From Craspedostauros australis (taxonomy: Eukaryota), in contig JALAGF010005545.1 of NCBI GenBank assembly GCA_030167865.1, positions 62,001 through 111,609 on the forward strand: 49,609 nt of DNA, in the 5' to 3' direction. Both the position numbers and the translations under genes were made by a program. A model generated the notes under the pieces. The model worked only from the letters and a program-made list of their open reading frames with translations. It made no database searches and was not told the origin of the DNA. Positions 23,954-35,569 of the stretch are shown piece by piece; the stretch's first letter is position 1, and every line of letters starts with the position of its first letter.

Positions 23954-26900
23954 ATGTCATCAGTCTTCCTGCCACCAGACCAAACAAGGTTGGTGACGAT
24001 CTGTGCTCATGTCGATCATGGCAAGACGACGTTGGCGGACAACCTCATCGAAAGCAACGGGATCATCTCCGAACGACTGGCGGGCACCATCCGCTATCTG
24101 GATTCGTTGGAGGAAGAGCAACGCCGCGGCATCACCATGAAGGCATCCGCCATTGGTCTGAAGCACATGTACATATCCAAGCAAACCAAGATCGAGACGA
24201 TACATCACCTCCTCGATTCGCCGGGACACACCGACTTCTCCACTGAGGTCAGCTCCTCCTTGCAGTGCTGCGATGGAACGCTCTTGGTTGTCGATGCCGT
24301 GGAGGGCATGTGCGCGCGGACGCATCAGGTTCTGCGAGAGGCGCACTCGCATCAATTGGTCCCCATCCTCGTCATCAACAAAGTCGATCGATTGTGCACG
24401 GATCTGTGCTTGTCCCCGGCTGAGGCGCATCTGAGGTTGAGGCGCTTGATCGAGACTGTCAATGCGACGACGGCCGGCATGCTGCTGTCGCGGAATGCAG
24501 AGCTGGAGGAAGATCAGCCAGCTCCAAACACTGCAACTGGCAACGGCGTCAAAAAGAACAACGCTGGCGGCAGCAAACAAATGAAGGGCAAAAAGAAGCG
24601 GCAGCAGCAACAGCAGCAGAACCAAGCGGAAGACGAAGAAACCGAAGAAGAATCGAGGTGGACGTTTGATCCCGCCAAGGGCAATGTCATCTTTGCAAGT
24701 GCGTTGTACGGATGGGGATTTACGGTACCAGCGCTATGTCGCTCGTTGTTTCGCAACAAGACCATCCCCATCAAGCCGATGGTCATGAAGCAGTACATGT
24801 TCGGCGACTTCAAATACAAGGACGGAAAGGTGCTCAAATGGAAGGTCGGGGCTGATGCTGACAGCATGTTTGCGGATTTCGCGCTCCAGCCATTGTGGGA
24901 CATTTACGAAGGCGTCAGCGTGGCTTCAGTTGCGACAAGCGGCAGCAGCCAGCTATTCGCAGATGGCAGAACGGCATATGCTGCTACCGGCGGCAAGAAC
25001 AGCTCCAAAGAGGAGAAGATCAAAGCAACCAGCACTGGGATTGATCGGGTGCTGGCGGCAATGCAGGAAGGATTCACATCCACTCATCACAAACCGCCGT
25101 CGACGTTGCCAGAAATCCAACAGATCCTCACGCGCACCGGATCCTCCGTCGAAGACTCTGTGCTGAGATCACTGATCCGTCGCTACCGACCGCTCAGCGA
25201 TACAGTCCTGGACGTTGTGTACGAACTGTGCCCATCACCGATGGAAGCCTCCACGAATCTCCGAACCACAGCGCTCGCATTGAAAAAGGACGAAGATGCT
25301 TTGGCGGACCCAGGCTTCAACTCGATTCGGAATGCTGTTAAGTCATGCGACGTTTCTGCCGGCGCGCCCACCGTAGCACATATATGCAAGTTCATGTCGG
25401 TGGACCGTGCTCACATCCGGGATCCAGAGCTCGATGATTCCAATTCGAACATCATCCTCGGCCTTGCTAGAGTCCTTTGCGGGATGCTGCGCAGCGGCGA
25501 CGACTACTTCGTCATGGGGCCCAAACACAACTTCAAGGATCGGCAGAAGCTCAGCAGCAAATCCATTCGTCTCTACCTCCTGATGGGGTCTGCCTACGTT
25601 CGCGTCAACGAAGTCCCCGCTGGTCATCTGTGCGCGGTTCAGAATCTGGAAGATGTGCAGCTCAAAACGGCCACCCTCTGTGACCAGATTCACGGCATGC
25701 CATTGCAAGGCTTCGAACAAGGCGTGAGGCCGCTGGTCAAGGTCAATGTCGAGGCCACCGATCCAGCCGATATCGAAACACTCGAGCACGGTTTGTTGAA
25801 GCTAAGCCAGGCAGATGGTGCCGTCGAGGTGACCGCCACCGCGAAGGGTGAACGCATCTTGGCCTGCCTCGGCGAATTGCACCTGGAGCAATCCATCCTG
25901 GACCTGCAAAAGATATACTGCGGCAACGACATCAAGCTCCGCATCTCCGAACCCATTGTCGAGTTCGGTGAAACTACGGACTGGTTCGAAGGCGAGACGG
26001 ACTTTCAGCAATTCTTCGATTCGTCGCTTCCACCACCTCGGCAATCATCGATACCGCCGTACAATGAAGAGGAGGGCCTGGACAGCGCTGTCTTGGGAAG
26101 GGCGAGGGTGGTGTTGACTGGTCGACCAGCAGCCATCAGCCTACGTGCCGTCCCACTTTCGTTGAAGCTGCACTCGGCGTTGAAGGATCAAACGTTATCG
26201 GAGGAGGCCCATGACGATGTTCTTGTCCTTGGAAAGGCACTTGGGTGTGTAGAAGCTGATCCTGCCGTTGTCTTTGAACAGATAGTGAAGTGCATCTCGT
26301 CCATCGATGACAATGGCAATGCGATGATGGAGGCGCCATCCCTCCGAGCTGGCGCCACCGCATTTGCCGTGCAAGCGCAACCGGACGGAGTGCCCGTCAT
26401 GAGGAAAGAAAAGGAAGACGAAGTGGACGAAGAGAATGACAACGAAGCAGCAACGCCTACGGAAAATGTCATGAATATTATGCGTAAAAGAATACAGCAA
26501 TCGCAGTTTTCGAATAGCCACGTGAATGGTGGTGGCGATGAGATCACCGCAGAAGCACGAGAGGGACATGCGGCAGCCAATGCTGCGGCGTTGAAACTTT
26601 GGAATGAAAAGATGAAAGGCTCGCTAGCTGCGGGCTTCAAGTTGGCCATGAGTGCTGGCCCCATCTGCGAGGAATCGGTGCGCAGCGTGTTGATCGTTTT
26701 GGAGGCTGTTGAAGTTGCCGTTGAGACAGATAAGGAAGGAGAGCACCGATGCTCTAAGCCTCTGAGCGGAGGCATGATGCTGGGAGCATTGAAGACAGGC
26801 ATCCGGTGTGCTTTGCTGTAAGTCGTTTCTATTTGCGCAGAGGATGGGAGCGAGTCGATGGATCGGTCGATGGATCGACCGATGGATGGATGGATGGATG

Positions 26901-27578
26901 AATGGATCGACAGTGCATTGATTGACTGTGTCCAATGCAGAAGCCTGCTGCTGCTGCTGGTGCATTACAGATTATGGAAATTCGGTTCCTCATTCTCACA
27001 CTTTCATACTTGCTTGGTTGTTCTCGTCTGGATCTGTCTTTCATTCCATTTGTTTCCATTCCTGCTACGTCACAACAACGATGATGATGATGATGATGCA
27101 TATATCACGCAACAGTTCACGGCCAGCGCGATTGATGGAGAGCCATCTGAAGCTGACATTGCATTCAGCCATGTCTGGATTGGGCCCTCTGTACACGGTG
27201 CTGTCCAAGCGACGTGGGAAAGTCCTCGATGATTCCATGGTGGAAGGCACTGATCTCATCCTCCTCACCGCAACTCTCCCGCACGCAGAATCGTTTGGTT
27301 TGGCGCCGGAGCTATTCCAAAAGAGCAGCGGCGAGGTCACGGCTCCCGAGCTCATCTTCTCCCACTGGGCACGCTTCGATGAAGATCCATTCTGGATCCC
27401 AACCTCATTGGAGGAGCGCGAAGATTTTGGCGAGATCTCGCAGACTGGCGATATCTCCACGGGTTTGGACAACACGGCGTTGGACTACATTCGCAAAGTA
27501 CGACAGCGCAAGGGCCTCCTTGTGGATTCCAGCAGAACAGTCGCGGCGGCGGAGAAACAGCGGACGCTCAAGCGGTAG
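23954..27578 (+). CDS. EFL1: Elongation factor-like GTPase 1 (EFL1/Ria1); exons 23954-26817 and 27116-27578
   Basis: AHVDHGKTT, RGITMK, DSPGH, NKVD; C-terminal EDPFWIP..VRQRKGL..AEKQRTLKR; phase-2 intron GTAAGT..ACAG. Confidence 0.93.
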
Positions 27579-28185
27579 GTAGGCACGGTCGTATGCCCGT
27601 ACGCTCGTCCACGAGCAACCGCGGTACCGGGCACTGTTACATTGGCGTCCGCACAACTCCTCTTCTTTCCTTCCGTGCCGTGGCGGTGCGATTGATGAGC
27701 CTGGACAATTGCACCGCAGAGCATGGTATGACAGGTAGGTGTCGCGTTGGACTCGTTCGATCCGTGGAATGCCGAAAAGAGTCCAAGTAACGCAACAATG
27801 AGAAAGTGGAGGTATTCAAGTGCAACGTCCATGGTCTACTGGTGCACTGCTCCGCCGACTCAAATAGCCCGTAGGTGTGTTGCTGCTGCTGACGTACGAG
27901 CATGCACAAGACGCACGGCATAGAAAAAACACTGCTTACAATCATGTTGAAGTCACTGGAGAGGGGAGACTCTCGCTCTCTCCAGATTTATTTGTGTGCT
28001 CATCTTCGTGGATTACTTGGGTTTTATTCTCGTATCAGTACATCAGCACATCTACGGGTGCCGAATAGAGAGGGGTCGCACCACAGGAAGTTTGTTGCAG
28101 TTCTTGATTTTTGTTTGTTTGGTCGGTACTGTAGGCGAACAGAATAGAGTAGAGAAAAGGGCCGTGCCTACTTGGTGCGCTGTCT

Positions 28186-29127
28186 CTAGCAGTTCTTGTG
28201 CCGCTCCAAGCGCTCGCGGGTGTAATCTATAGCAATCTTTGCGCCTCTTGGGTTGCGCTTCATGCTTGGAATGATCTGGACGCAGTTCTCCGACAAGTCT
28301 CCATCCATCGTCCATGCGAGTTCGGTTCCTGCGAAGCCGAACAAAACCTTCAGCTCATACTTTTCCATTGGTTGCAACTCTTCCTCACCATCGCAGTAGC
28401 CACGAAGGAAGTCAGACATCTCCTTTCCCAGAGCCGAATTGTTGTGGATGGTCGTCTTGATGAAGTTCGGGAGGTCGTTTGCGTCGTCGACCGCCAGGAT
28501 GATCTTGATGGGCTCCTTCTTGGATGGATTTGCTTTCATTGACTCCGACCAAGCCACCGGGCTGATATCCATGGAGTGGATGAAGTCGATGGTTTTCTCC
28601 AGGACAGGAAAGTGATCTGCTGCCAATGCCACAATCTGGCTCTTGAGAGCGGCCCGGGCCTCTTCCATGCACTTGTCCATGTTGCTTTCATCGAAAGCGC
28701 AAATGTCATCCTTGATGTCCAACAGCAAGGTCACTGCACCTTTTCTGATGTACGCACTCGAGACCAAGTCGGTCGTTTTGCCAGATCCCTTTTCCCCGCA
28801 GTAGACGAAGACTTTGTCCGCATCGGATGGATCATGGGCTGGTGAGACGTCGACTTCGATGATCTTCGCTGGATCGTGCGCAAATGGACGGAAATCCTTG
28901 CCGGCGAGGAAGTAGCTATACAAGCTCGGTCCGCGGCATAGGAAGGTCGATGGTCGTGCGCTCCTATTGCGGTATGCGAGGTCGTACAACAACGAGCCGA
29001 ATACCAAAATGGTGTTGCCCAGAAGGTGGTAGATCTTTTCAAGTACACGAATGTCCTTGGCATGCTTCGGTTTGGGTTTTGGCTTTGGCTCGCCCTCGTT
29101 TGGGCTGCTGGTGGTATCCGTGCTCAT
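28186..29127 (-). CDS. Orphan P-loop NTPase, possibly decaying; first ATG at 29127
   Basis: Walker A GEKGSGKT after VFVYC; Walker B-like IILAVDD; upstream presequence is disrupted. Confidence 0.55.
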   Translation of the reverse strand: MSTDTTSSPNEGEPKPKPKPKHAKDIRVLEKIYHLLGNTILVFGSLLYDLAYRNRSARPSTFLCRGPSLYSYFLAGKDFRPFAHDPAKIIEVDVSPAHDPSDADKVFVYCGEKGSGKTTDLVSSAYIRKGAVTLLLDIKDDICAFDESNMDKCMEEARAALKSQIVALAADHFPVLEKTIDFIHSMDISPVAWSESMKANPSKKEPIKIILAVDDANDLPNFIKTTIHNNSALGKEMSDFLRGYCDGEEELQPMEKYELKVLFGFAGTELAWTMDGDLSENCVQIIPSMKRNPRGAKIAIDYTRERLERHKNC

Positions 29128-29585
29128 GTTGAGGGTGCGGAATGCTGTTGGGAATGAATGCGCGCTGAGGCACGAGTATGCCGATGGTGACGGTGTTGTG
29201 AATGCTGCCACCTGGGTTGATGCTGAAGCAAGGAAGAGAAGAGAAGTTGAGTCAGTTGTTGCTTGCACACAATGGATGAACGCACTATCTTGCCTTCTTG
29301 GTGTGGCCGTGATTGATTCTTCTTGATAGAGTACTCGCACTCACCTCCAAGCTTTCTGAATGGGTCGATCACTCTGTGCGCAAGGTTGCGATTGATCTCT
29401 TTTTATGAGGAACCAACTTCCCTCCTCCTCATGATGTTGCTTTGTCCACATTCATTCCAGCTTCCAGTGTGACACCAGGCGAGATTGATGCTCTTGATTG
29501 ACGCCCCAACAAAGCCCCAAACCCAACTCCATGTTCTTCAGGTTTATGTTGGACCAAGGAAGAGGAGATCTTTCGATGACCCTAT
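29117..29585. repeat. Copy A of an inverted duplication shared with 49082-49609
   Basis: 29303-29585 matches revcomp 49082-49360; 29117-29245 matches revcomp 49482-49609. Confidence 0.88.
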
Positions 29586-30085
29586 AGTTGATTGTTGCTC
29601 GTGCGTTGGACAACTCTTTGCACATCCTCGTCCACGCCCAGGATCTCAACGTTGTGGCGGCACAACACCAACGTCGTCTGTGAGCACCACGCAATCCGTT
29701 GATTTCTGTCTTTTGTGGAAGATACGAACACGATGGATACTATCGGAGGATGACATATATTGAATCCAATAGAATAAATACCGCGACTTTTAAAAATGCT
29801 AACACCAAACAGACAATGAACAACTCTCTGAACAGACAGACAATCAACAAGGAAGTCGACATTGTGACAGACAGTCTTGCTCCATCAACAAACAGACAAG
29901 GTATTGTTCAGCCACGAATTCAATCACGGACCTTCATCTCCCTCCACGAAATCTTGTTCGTCGTTTTGTTGCATTTCCACATCACATGGCAGAGACAAGT
30001 CACCAAAACCAACACATTTCATTCCAAACCCCATCTGTGTCCGTGCCCTCTTCTCGCTGTGCCTTCCTCTTCTTGTTCGTGCACG

Positions 30086-31441
30086 ATGAGCGATCTTCAG
30101 GAGACAGCGAACAAGCTGTATGCCGGCAAGTCGCTGGCGCCGATGGTCCGTGCATCCACAACACCCCTTCGAGCGCTGGCCTTGCACTACGGTGCCGATT
30201 TCGTGTACAGCGAGGAATTGGTGGACAGGAGCATCTCGGAGACCACAAGGGTTGTGAATGAAGAGCTCGGCACCATCGACTACGTCAAGCACAACGCCCG
30301 CATGTCCAAGAAGGCCAAGAAGCGGCTGAAGAACAACGTCAAGCCAGCGTTGATCTTGCGGATCGATCCAAAGCTCGAGACCGGCAAGTTCGTGTGCCAG
30401 CTGGGATCCGGCGAACCGGAGCTCGCTCTCGCGGCGGCCAAGCACGTGCACAAGGACGTCTCATCCATCGATATCAACATGGGATGTCCCAAGAAGTTTT
30501 CCGTCAGCGGGGGCATGGGAAGTGCCTTGCTGTCGGACCCCGACCGCGGCTGCAGGATTCTCAAGAGCCTGAGAGCCGAGCTCCCTCTCCCCATCTCCTG
30601 CAAGATCCGTCTGCTCAAGGACACCAAATCCACGGTGGAGTACGTTGACGCCATGGTCAATGCCGGCGCCAACGCGGTCGCCATCCATTCTCGTCGCGTC
30701 GGTGATGAATCGACATCACCAGCTGATTGGAATGCCCTGGAGGAGGTGTTTAGCATCATCCGGCCGAAGCATCCGACCATCCCATTGCTGATCAACGGCG
30801 ACTTCTACGACCGCAGCGAGACAGAAGACATGATATCCAAGACCGGCGCAAATGGGGTGCTGCTTGCGCGTCCCGCCCTGTACAACACGAGCATCTTCCG
30901 ACCACTGACAGAGAGGCTCGAAGACAAGACTGTGGTCGTGCAGCGATATGTGGAGCAATCCGTGCGATACGACATGAACCACAAGAATACGAAGTACGTC
31001 ATCTGCGAGATGATGAGCAACCGGCGCAATCCGAATAATCGCACATCGCAGCTGCCTCAATCCTGGCCAGGTGGTCACACGGTCGCAAAAACGTGCGACT
31101 GCCATTCATTGCAGGCCATGTGCGAGTTGTGGAACGTCAATTGGATTGCTCCGACGACTACTGCGACCATTGCGACTCCTGCAAACGGCGAAAGCACCAG
31201 CATCGGTATCAACGGCAACGACAATGACAATGACATGAGACATCACGGCAATAAAGCAGCAGCAGGAACAACAGCAACGGAGAATATGGCTGCAGGCGAG
31301 CACAAATATGATGATTCTTATTTGATTGAAAGGTTGGGAGATACGAGTACTCCGACCAAATCGCAATCGCAACCGAAGAAGAAGGCGAAAGTTCGCGAAA
31401 GTCTCAATGGTACAATGGAGTCGAACAACGAAACGACTTGA
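30086..31441 (+). CDS. DUS2: tRNA-dihydrouridine synthase, DUS2-like
   Basis: LAPMVR, YSEELVD, IDINMGCPKKFSVSGGMGSALL, CKIRL, INGD, NTKYVI. Confidence 0.9.
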   Translation: MSDLQETANKLYAGKSLAPMVRASTTPLRALALHYGADFVYSEELVDRSISETTRVVNEELGTIDYVKHNARMSKKAKKRLKNNVKPALILRIDPKLETGKFVCQLGSGEPELALAAAKHVHKDVSSIDINMGCPKKFSVSGGMGSALLSDPDRGCRILKSLRAELPLPISCKIRLLKDTKSTVEYVDAMVNAGANAVAIHSRRVGDESTSPADWNALEEVFSIIRPKHPTIPLLINGDFYDRSETEDMISKTGANGVLLARPALYNTSIFRPLTERLEDKTVVVQRYVEQSVRYDMNHKNTKYVICEMMSNRRNPNNRTSQLPQSWPGGHTVAKTCDCHSLQAMCELWNVNWIAPTTTATIATPANGESTSIGINGNDNDNDMRHHGNKAAAGTTATENMAAGEHKYDDSYLIERLGDTSTPTKSQSQPKKKAKVRESLNGTMESNNETT

Positions 31442-31575
31442 CCGGATCCTTGAAAGCGAGAATGGCGATGATGGGAACGGCCAAAAAGGCATCCGGAAGC
31501 ATCTGGTGCCGATTGATGTTGCGCATCAGGCGATGGCACCTCATGTCTTGCTTTCTCATTGCAAGTCTCGCGGAA

Positions 31576-34500
31576 TTATCGAGAGTGTCGCTTCCCCCAG
31601 GTCGATGGTTCGATACGATCCTTTGGTTCCAGGATGGTGGCGTTGTTGCAATCGAAGAAGAAGCTTCCGGATTCCGCCATGGCCAGTTTCCAGTCATCGA
31701 TGCTGCCAGTATCCCACATGTGGTCATCCTCACCATCGCCAAGGTCATCGCCGTCGTTATTATCGTTGGTGTTGGTGTTGGTGTTGGCCTCTTTCACGTT
31801 GTAGGTCGCCTCCGCAACATCGTCACGGTCGTCGCGAGCACTGGCTGCATGACCATCGACCTTGTCGCCTGCATCTTTGGCTGCGTGAATCCAGGCACTG
31901 TACGTGCCAGCTGGAAACGACTCGATAGTGGAACCCATGCTGTGGATCGACGGGATGCATGGGATGTCAAGAGTGGTGTTTCCATGGTTGGCAGTGGTCT
32001 GGGTTTCGAAGCTCACTTCTTCAGGAATGTCCAAGTCTTCCTCTGAGGAATATTCGTCGTAGTCTTCCGGCATCCAGTCTTCGGGATCGATCTCGTCTTC
32101 ATCGTCAGCAACGGCGTCGTTGGCATCGTGAGTATGGTTAGCGAAGTCGGCATCATCGCGGTGGGCGCGATGATGCTTCACTTCTGGCTCAAAGTGTTGG
32201 ACATCGCCAGCGGCATGGTTGCCGCCGTTGCTGTGGTTGTGGTCTTGGTGGTGGTTGCGTGCGCCACCGTCAACACCAAAGGTTGGGGAGACGTCGGTTT
32301 GGTCTTCGGTACACACTAAGTTGGTAGACGGCGAATGGATTGCGCCATCACCGACGGTGTTGCCATCAGGATTCTCCTTGCCTTCGGGGGTCCACGGATG
32401 ACCACCCATGTCTGGATGGATAGAGAGAATGACATCCTTGGTGGGTGCGATGCCATGGGTTTCTGCTGCCTTTCCGAAATCTTCATCGCCGATGCGCGCA
32501 TGGTCGGCTTGGCCCATGAGGACATTCGGAGATCCGTAGTGATGTTGCTCGTACTGATGGTGCTCGTGGTTGGTTTCAATGTCGGGTTCACATGAGTGCA
32601 CGTGCGACAGGTCGCTGCGATCACTGCTTCCTGGAATGCAGCCAAGGGAAGTGCTGTTGTCGATATCACCACCGGAGCTGGTGTCGCCGACGGCACCGTC
32701 ACCGCGCCCGTTCTTGTGAGCATGGCTCGCGACCTTTGCCTTGATGGAAAGAAGAAGCACGATGATGCAATAGAGGAAGCTCGGACCCAGGATGAGTAGC
32801 ACCAAGGTGCTGAGGATCTCCATGGACGGGATGGTGGTGGTATCATCATCGTCATCATCATCTGCATGTTCCTCGTTATCCCGGTTCATCAACTTGGCGA
32901 GGACCCCGATCGTGGAGGCGTAGATGAGACAGACTTTGAGCAAAACATCGACCGTGTGCACCTGGAAGATAGAGGATTCGCAGCGTCTTGCGTGGTCGTC
33001 ACGCATGTGTTGCGTCTTCGATGGCCGTCGTCGGAAGGGATCACGAGATCGCTGGAAGAAGTCCGACATGATGGTTTGGACCATCAGGAAGAGGAACACC
33101 AGGAGAGGTCGTTGCTGCTGGACGAAGAACGCCACGGCGATGAGAAGCTTGCGGAGCAGGAGGTAGCCAATCCACCACCATCGCTGCTCTTGGAAAGGGC
33201 GGACGTACACCAACGCATGGAGCGAAGGAGGCGGGGGAGGATGGTAGGGGAAATCCGTGATGGAGCTGCGCGAGCCCATTGCCTCATCTTGTGCGTAGTC
33301 CTTGGACAGCCAGAGCCGGTAGGTGAAGGCGAATGGAAACACGACGCCGAAGAACAGGAAGCCGATGACGCCAAGAACGGATGCGAGGCCGCCCAGGAAG
33401 TCGTCGGATCGACGGCAGAACCAATCGACGCCATCCCGGCTGTCGAAGATACTGGAATGCACCGACGAGCACCCGATGAGCTCCATGCTGGTCAGCACGA
33501 TCTTCTCGAAGGCCAGGAACGTCACGAACCCAGCGACATGGCGGACCATGTTTCTGTGCTTGCGCCACGTTCGATTATCCAGTCTACCGATGACGTACAT
33601 AAACCGAAGAATGCACCATGGCAAAACGAAGAGCATCACGGGGAGCCCGAGAGCGATGGTCAGCTCGGTCCGTGGATCGATGTTTCCGAGACATTGGATT
33701 GGTGCGATGATGCCGATGTCGACGGCAAAGATGCTCAAAAACTCGAAAGCCCAGGCGAGCGGGGAGGACCATTCCATGTGGACCATGCCCGCGAGGAACA
33801 TGAGCCGCAGGTATTCCGTCGTGACGAAGAAGATGGCCGTGCTGGAGGGGTCGTTGGTCGCGAAGTACCAAACCACGAAGAGGAGGTAGGCGAGCAAACC
33901 AACAGAGCGGATGGCGACGGTGGATGTGGCGGGGCACTCGCGGCAAGTTCCATGGATGTTGTAGAAGTCAACGCCGCATTGGAATACTTCGGAGCCGAGC
34001 GGGCTGGATCCGATTCCAGCGTCAAGTTCTGGCGTCGTCGTTGGGGCACTTGATTCGGTTGGTTGGGCGGTTGCTTGATTGGAGGCGGCAGGGCCGTCGG
34101 TTTCTTCTTGTCCATCATTCTCATCGTTATCACTCTTATCGCCATGACCTGCGAGATGGGCTTGAACCACAATTTCAGTGAGTGTTGATGTTGGCGCAGG
34201 TGTTGGCATGGACGTCGGGATTTCACTTGGGGCGATTGTGTCAGGGTGCATCGATGGTGCTGGCTGTGAGACAGGGTGAGGCGTTTGGTCCTTACCTGAT
34301 GCCGGCGTTGGCGACGGCGCCAACGTGGGAGGTGGAAGGCAGAAGACATCTCGTCCGCTGACGTAGACAGAAGTGGCCCCTTCACCATCGTAGTGGCTTG
34401 AATCGCAGGTGTTGCAGTACGTGGCTCGAGGGATGTTGGAGTAGGTTCCTGGTGGGCAGACGCGGCACTCGGTGCTTCCGATGTTGTCGCCGTAGCTTCC

Positions 34501-34776
34501 TGGCGGGCAGCTGTCGCAAATGGCAGCATCCTGAATGTTGGAGTACGTTCCGAAGTCACAACGGTACCGAAGGTTGTCGAAGGGAGGGCTGAAGAAGCCG
34601 GCTCCCACGTCGATGCACTCACGCAGACCGGAGGAACTCACGAGACCGTTGCGGTTCCAGCACCCCGCAGGGCAAGGGTTGACGGATGGGCTGCACACGC
34701 CCAGCACCGGCGCGGCATTGCTGACGATGAACATCAAGCAAAGGATGACGGTGAGAAAGGGCGTGACGATGATCAT
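31576..34776 (-). CDS. Signal peptide + Cys-rich GCC2/GCC3 (ephrin-receptor-like) repeats + multi-pass TM region + acidic tail
   Basis: CDSCPPGSYG, CRVCPPGTYS repeats; Pro/Thr stalk; several hydrophobic helices; WWWIGYLLLRKLLI motif. Confidence 0.8.
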   Translation of the reverse strand: MIIVTPFLTVILCLMFIVSNAAPVLGVCSPSVNPCPAGCWNRNGLVSSSGLRECIDVGAGFFSPPFDNLRYRCDFGTYSNIQDAAICDSCPPGSYGDNIGSTECRVCPPGTYSNIPRATYCNTCDSSHYDGEGATSVYVSGRDVFCLPPPTLAPSPTPASGKDQTPHPVSQPAPSMHPDTIAPSEIPTSMPTPAPTSTLTEIVVQAHLAGHGDKSDNDENDGQEETDGPAASNQATAQPTESSAPTTTPELDAGIGSSPLGSEVFQCGVDFYNIHGTCRECPATSTVAIRSVGLLAYLLFVVWYFATNDPSSTAIFFVTTEYLRLMFLAGMVHMEWSSPLAWAFEFLSIFAVDIGIIAPIQCLGNIDPRTELTIALGLPVMLFVLPWCILRFMYVIGRLDNRTWRKHRNMVRHVAGFVTFLAFEKIVLTSMELIGCSSVHSSIFDSRDGVDWFCRRSDDFLGGLASVLGVIGFLFFGVVFPFAFTYRLWLSKDYAQDEAMGSRSSITDFPYHPPPPPSLHALVYVRPFQEQRWWWIGYLLLRKLLIAVAFFVQQQRPLLVFLFLMVQTIMSDFFQRSRDPFRRRPSKTQHMRDDHARRCESSIFQVHTVDVLLKVCLIYASTIGVLAKLMNRDNEEHADDDDDDDTTTIPSMEILSTLVLLILGPSFLYCIIVLLLSIKAKVASHAHKNGRGDGAVGDTSSGGDIDNSTSLGCIPGSSDRSDLSHVHSCEPDIETNHEHHQYEQHHYGSPNVLMGQADHARIGDEDFGKAAETHGIAPTKDVILSIHPDMGGHPWTPEGKENPDGNTVGDGAIHSPSTNLVCTEDQTDVSPTFGVDGGARNHHQDHNHSNGGNHAAGDVQHFEPEVKHHRAHRDDADFANHTHDANDAVADDEDEIDPEDWMPEDYDEYSSEEDLDIPEEVSFETQTTANHGNTTLDIPCIPSIHSMGSTIESFPAGTYSAWIHAAKDAGDKVDGHAASARDDRDDVAEATYNVKEANTNTNTNDNNDGDDLGDGEDDHMWDTGSIDDWKLAMAESGSFFFDCNNATILEPKDRIEPSTWGKRHSR

Positions 34777-35407
34777 CGCGCTAGTAGGCACAGATGTTGC
34801 TGTTGTCGTTCTTGTTGTTGTTGGTGACGATGGACACCAATTCGGCGATTGTTGCAGTCTTGTGTGGATTGTGATGTGTGGCAATCTCGTTTTATGTGAA
34901 CACAGTAAAGCATTTGTGAAATGAAACACTCATGACACGCATTTAGCAGGAGAGTCGTTGTAACTGCGTTGTTTTTGCGCGATGAACACAATCACAAGGC
35001 AGCATCAACAGGCACAGCAACAACAACAGTCGCTGAACATGAGGGAACCCATCAACGAGAAGAAACGGTCGTTTTGCGGTGCGGTTTGTGAACCTGTTGG
35101 TATCAATTTTTTGAACGGTGTAAGTCGTGAATGACACCCTCGACCAGTTCGCATAATCAGCCAGACGAACACTCGGGCAAAATGCTCACGAAGTAGTCGT
35201 AGAGTAGACTACAGTAGCACAGCCCGTTGTAGAGCAGAGCACTCATCCGCGTGCGGAGACCGTTCTCTCGTGAGACTGTGTCAGAGTGACATAGTAGTCT
35301 TCTATCCATTCTCTGTCTCAATAACATGTTCATTTATTCGTACATATTGGTACCCAAGACCTCGCACATCCACAAAACTCATCACACTTCCATCAAAGCG
35401 GCACGCG

Positions 35408-35481
35408 ATCATGTGATCGTCAGCGCTGCAGCTGTACCCGCACGTGTGCGGGACAGTCGCAGGCGTCATTCTCACCGTGAT
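35408..35481 (-). promoter_or_regulatory. Candidate SECIS element (non-canonical, no apical AA)
   Basis: Minus strand: helix I (AUCAcgGUGA/UCACaUGAU), core AUGAC..UGAC, ~12-bp helix II, apical mini-stem CCCGCA-CACG-UGCGGG; core lies 100 nt after the stop. Confidence 0.75.
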
Positions 35482-35569
35482 GTCGCCTCCACCTCGTGGA
35501 TTCTGTTGATTCAATTGCGATGGTGCGAGGGCCTTGCTTGGCTGTCTTCGTCCATCCGCAGCGTCGCAA

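Noticed and set aside
29300..29585. Duplicated upstream segment as a transposase relic or TIR of a ~20-kb element
   Set aside because: No catalytic motif, terminal repeat or target-site duplication seen; the enclosed genes are housekeeping; a faint HTH resemblance is unverifiable.
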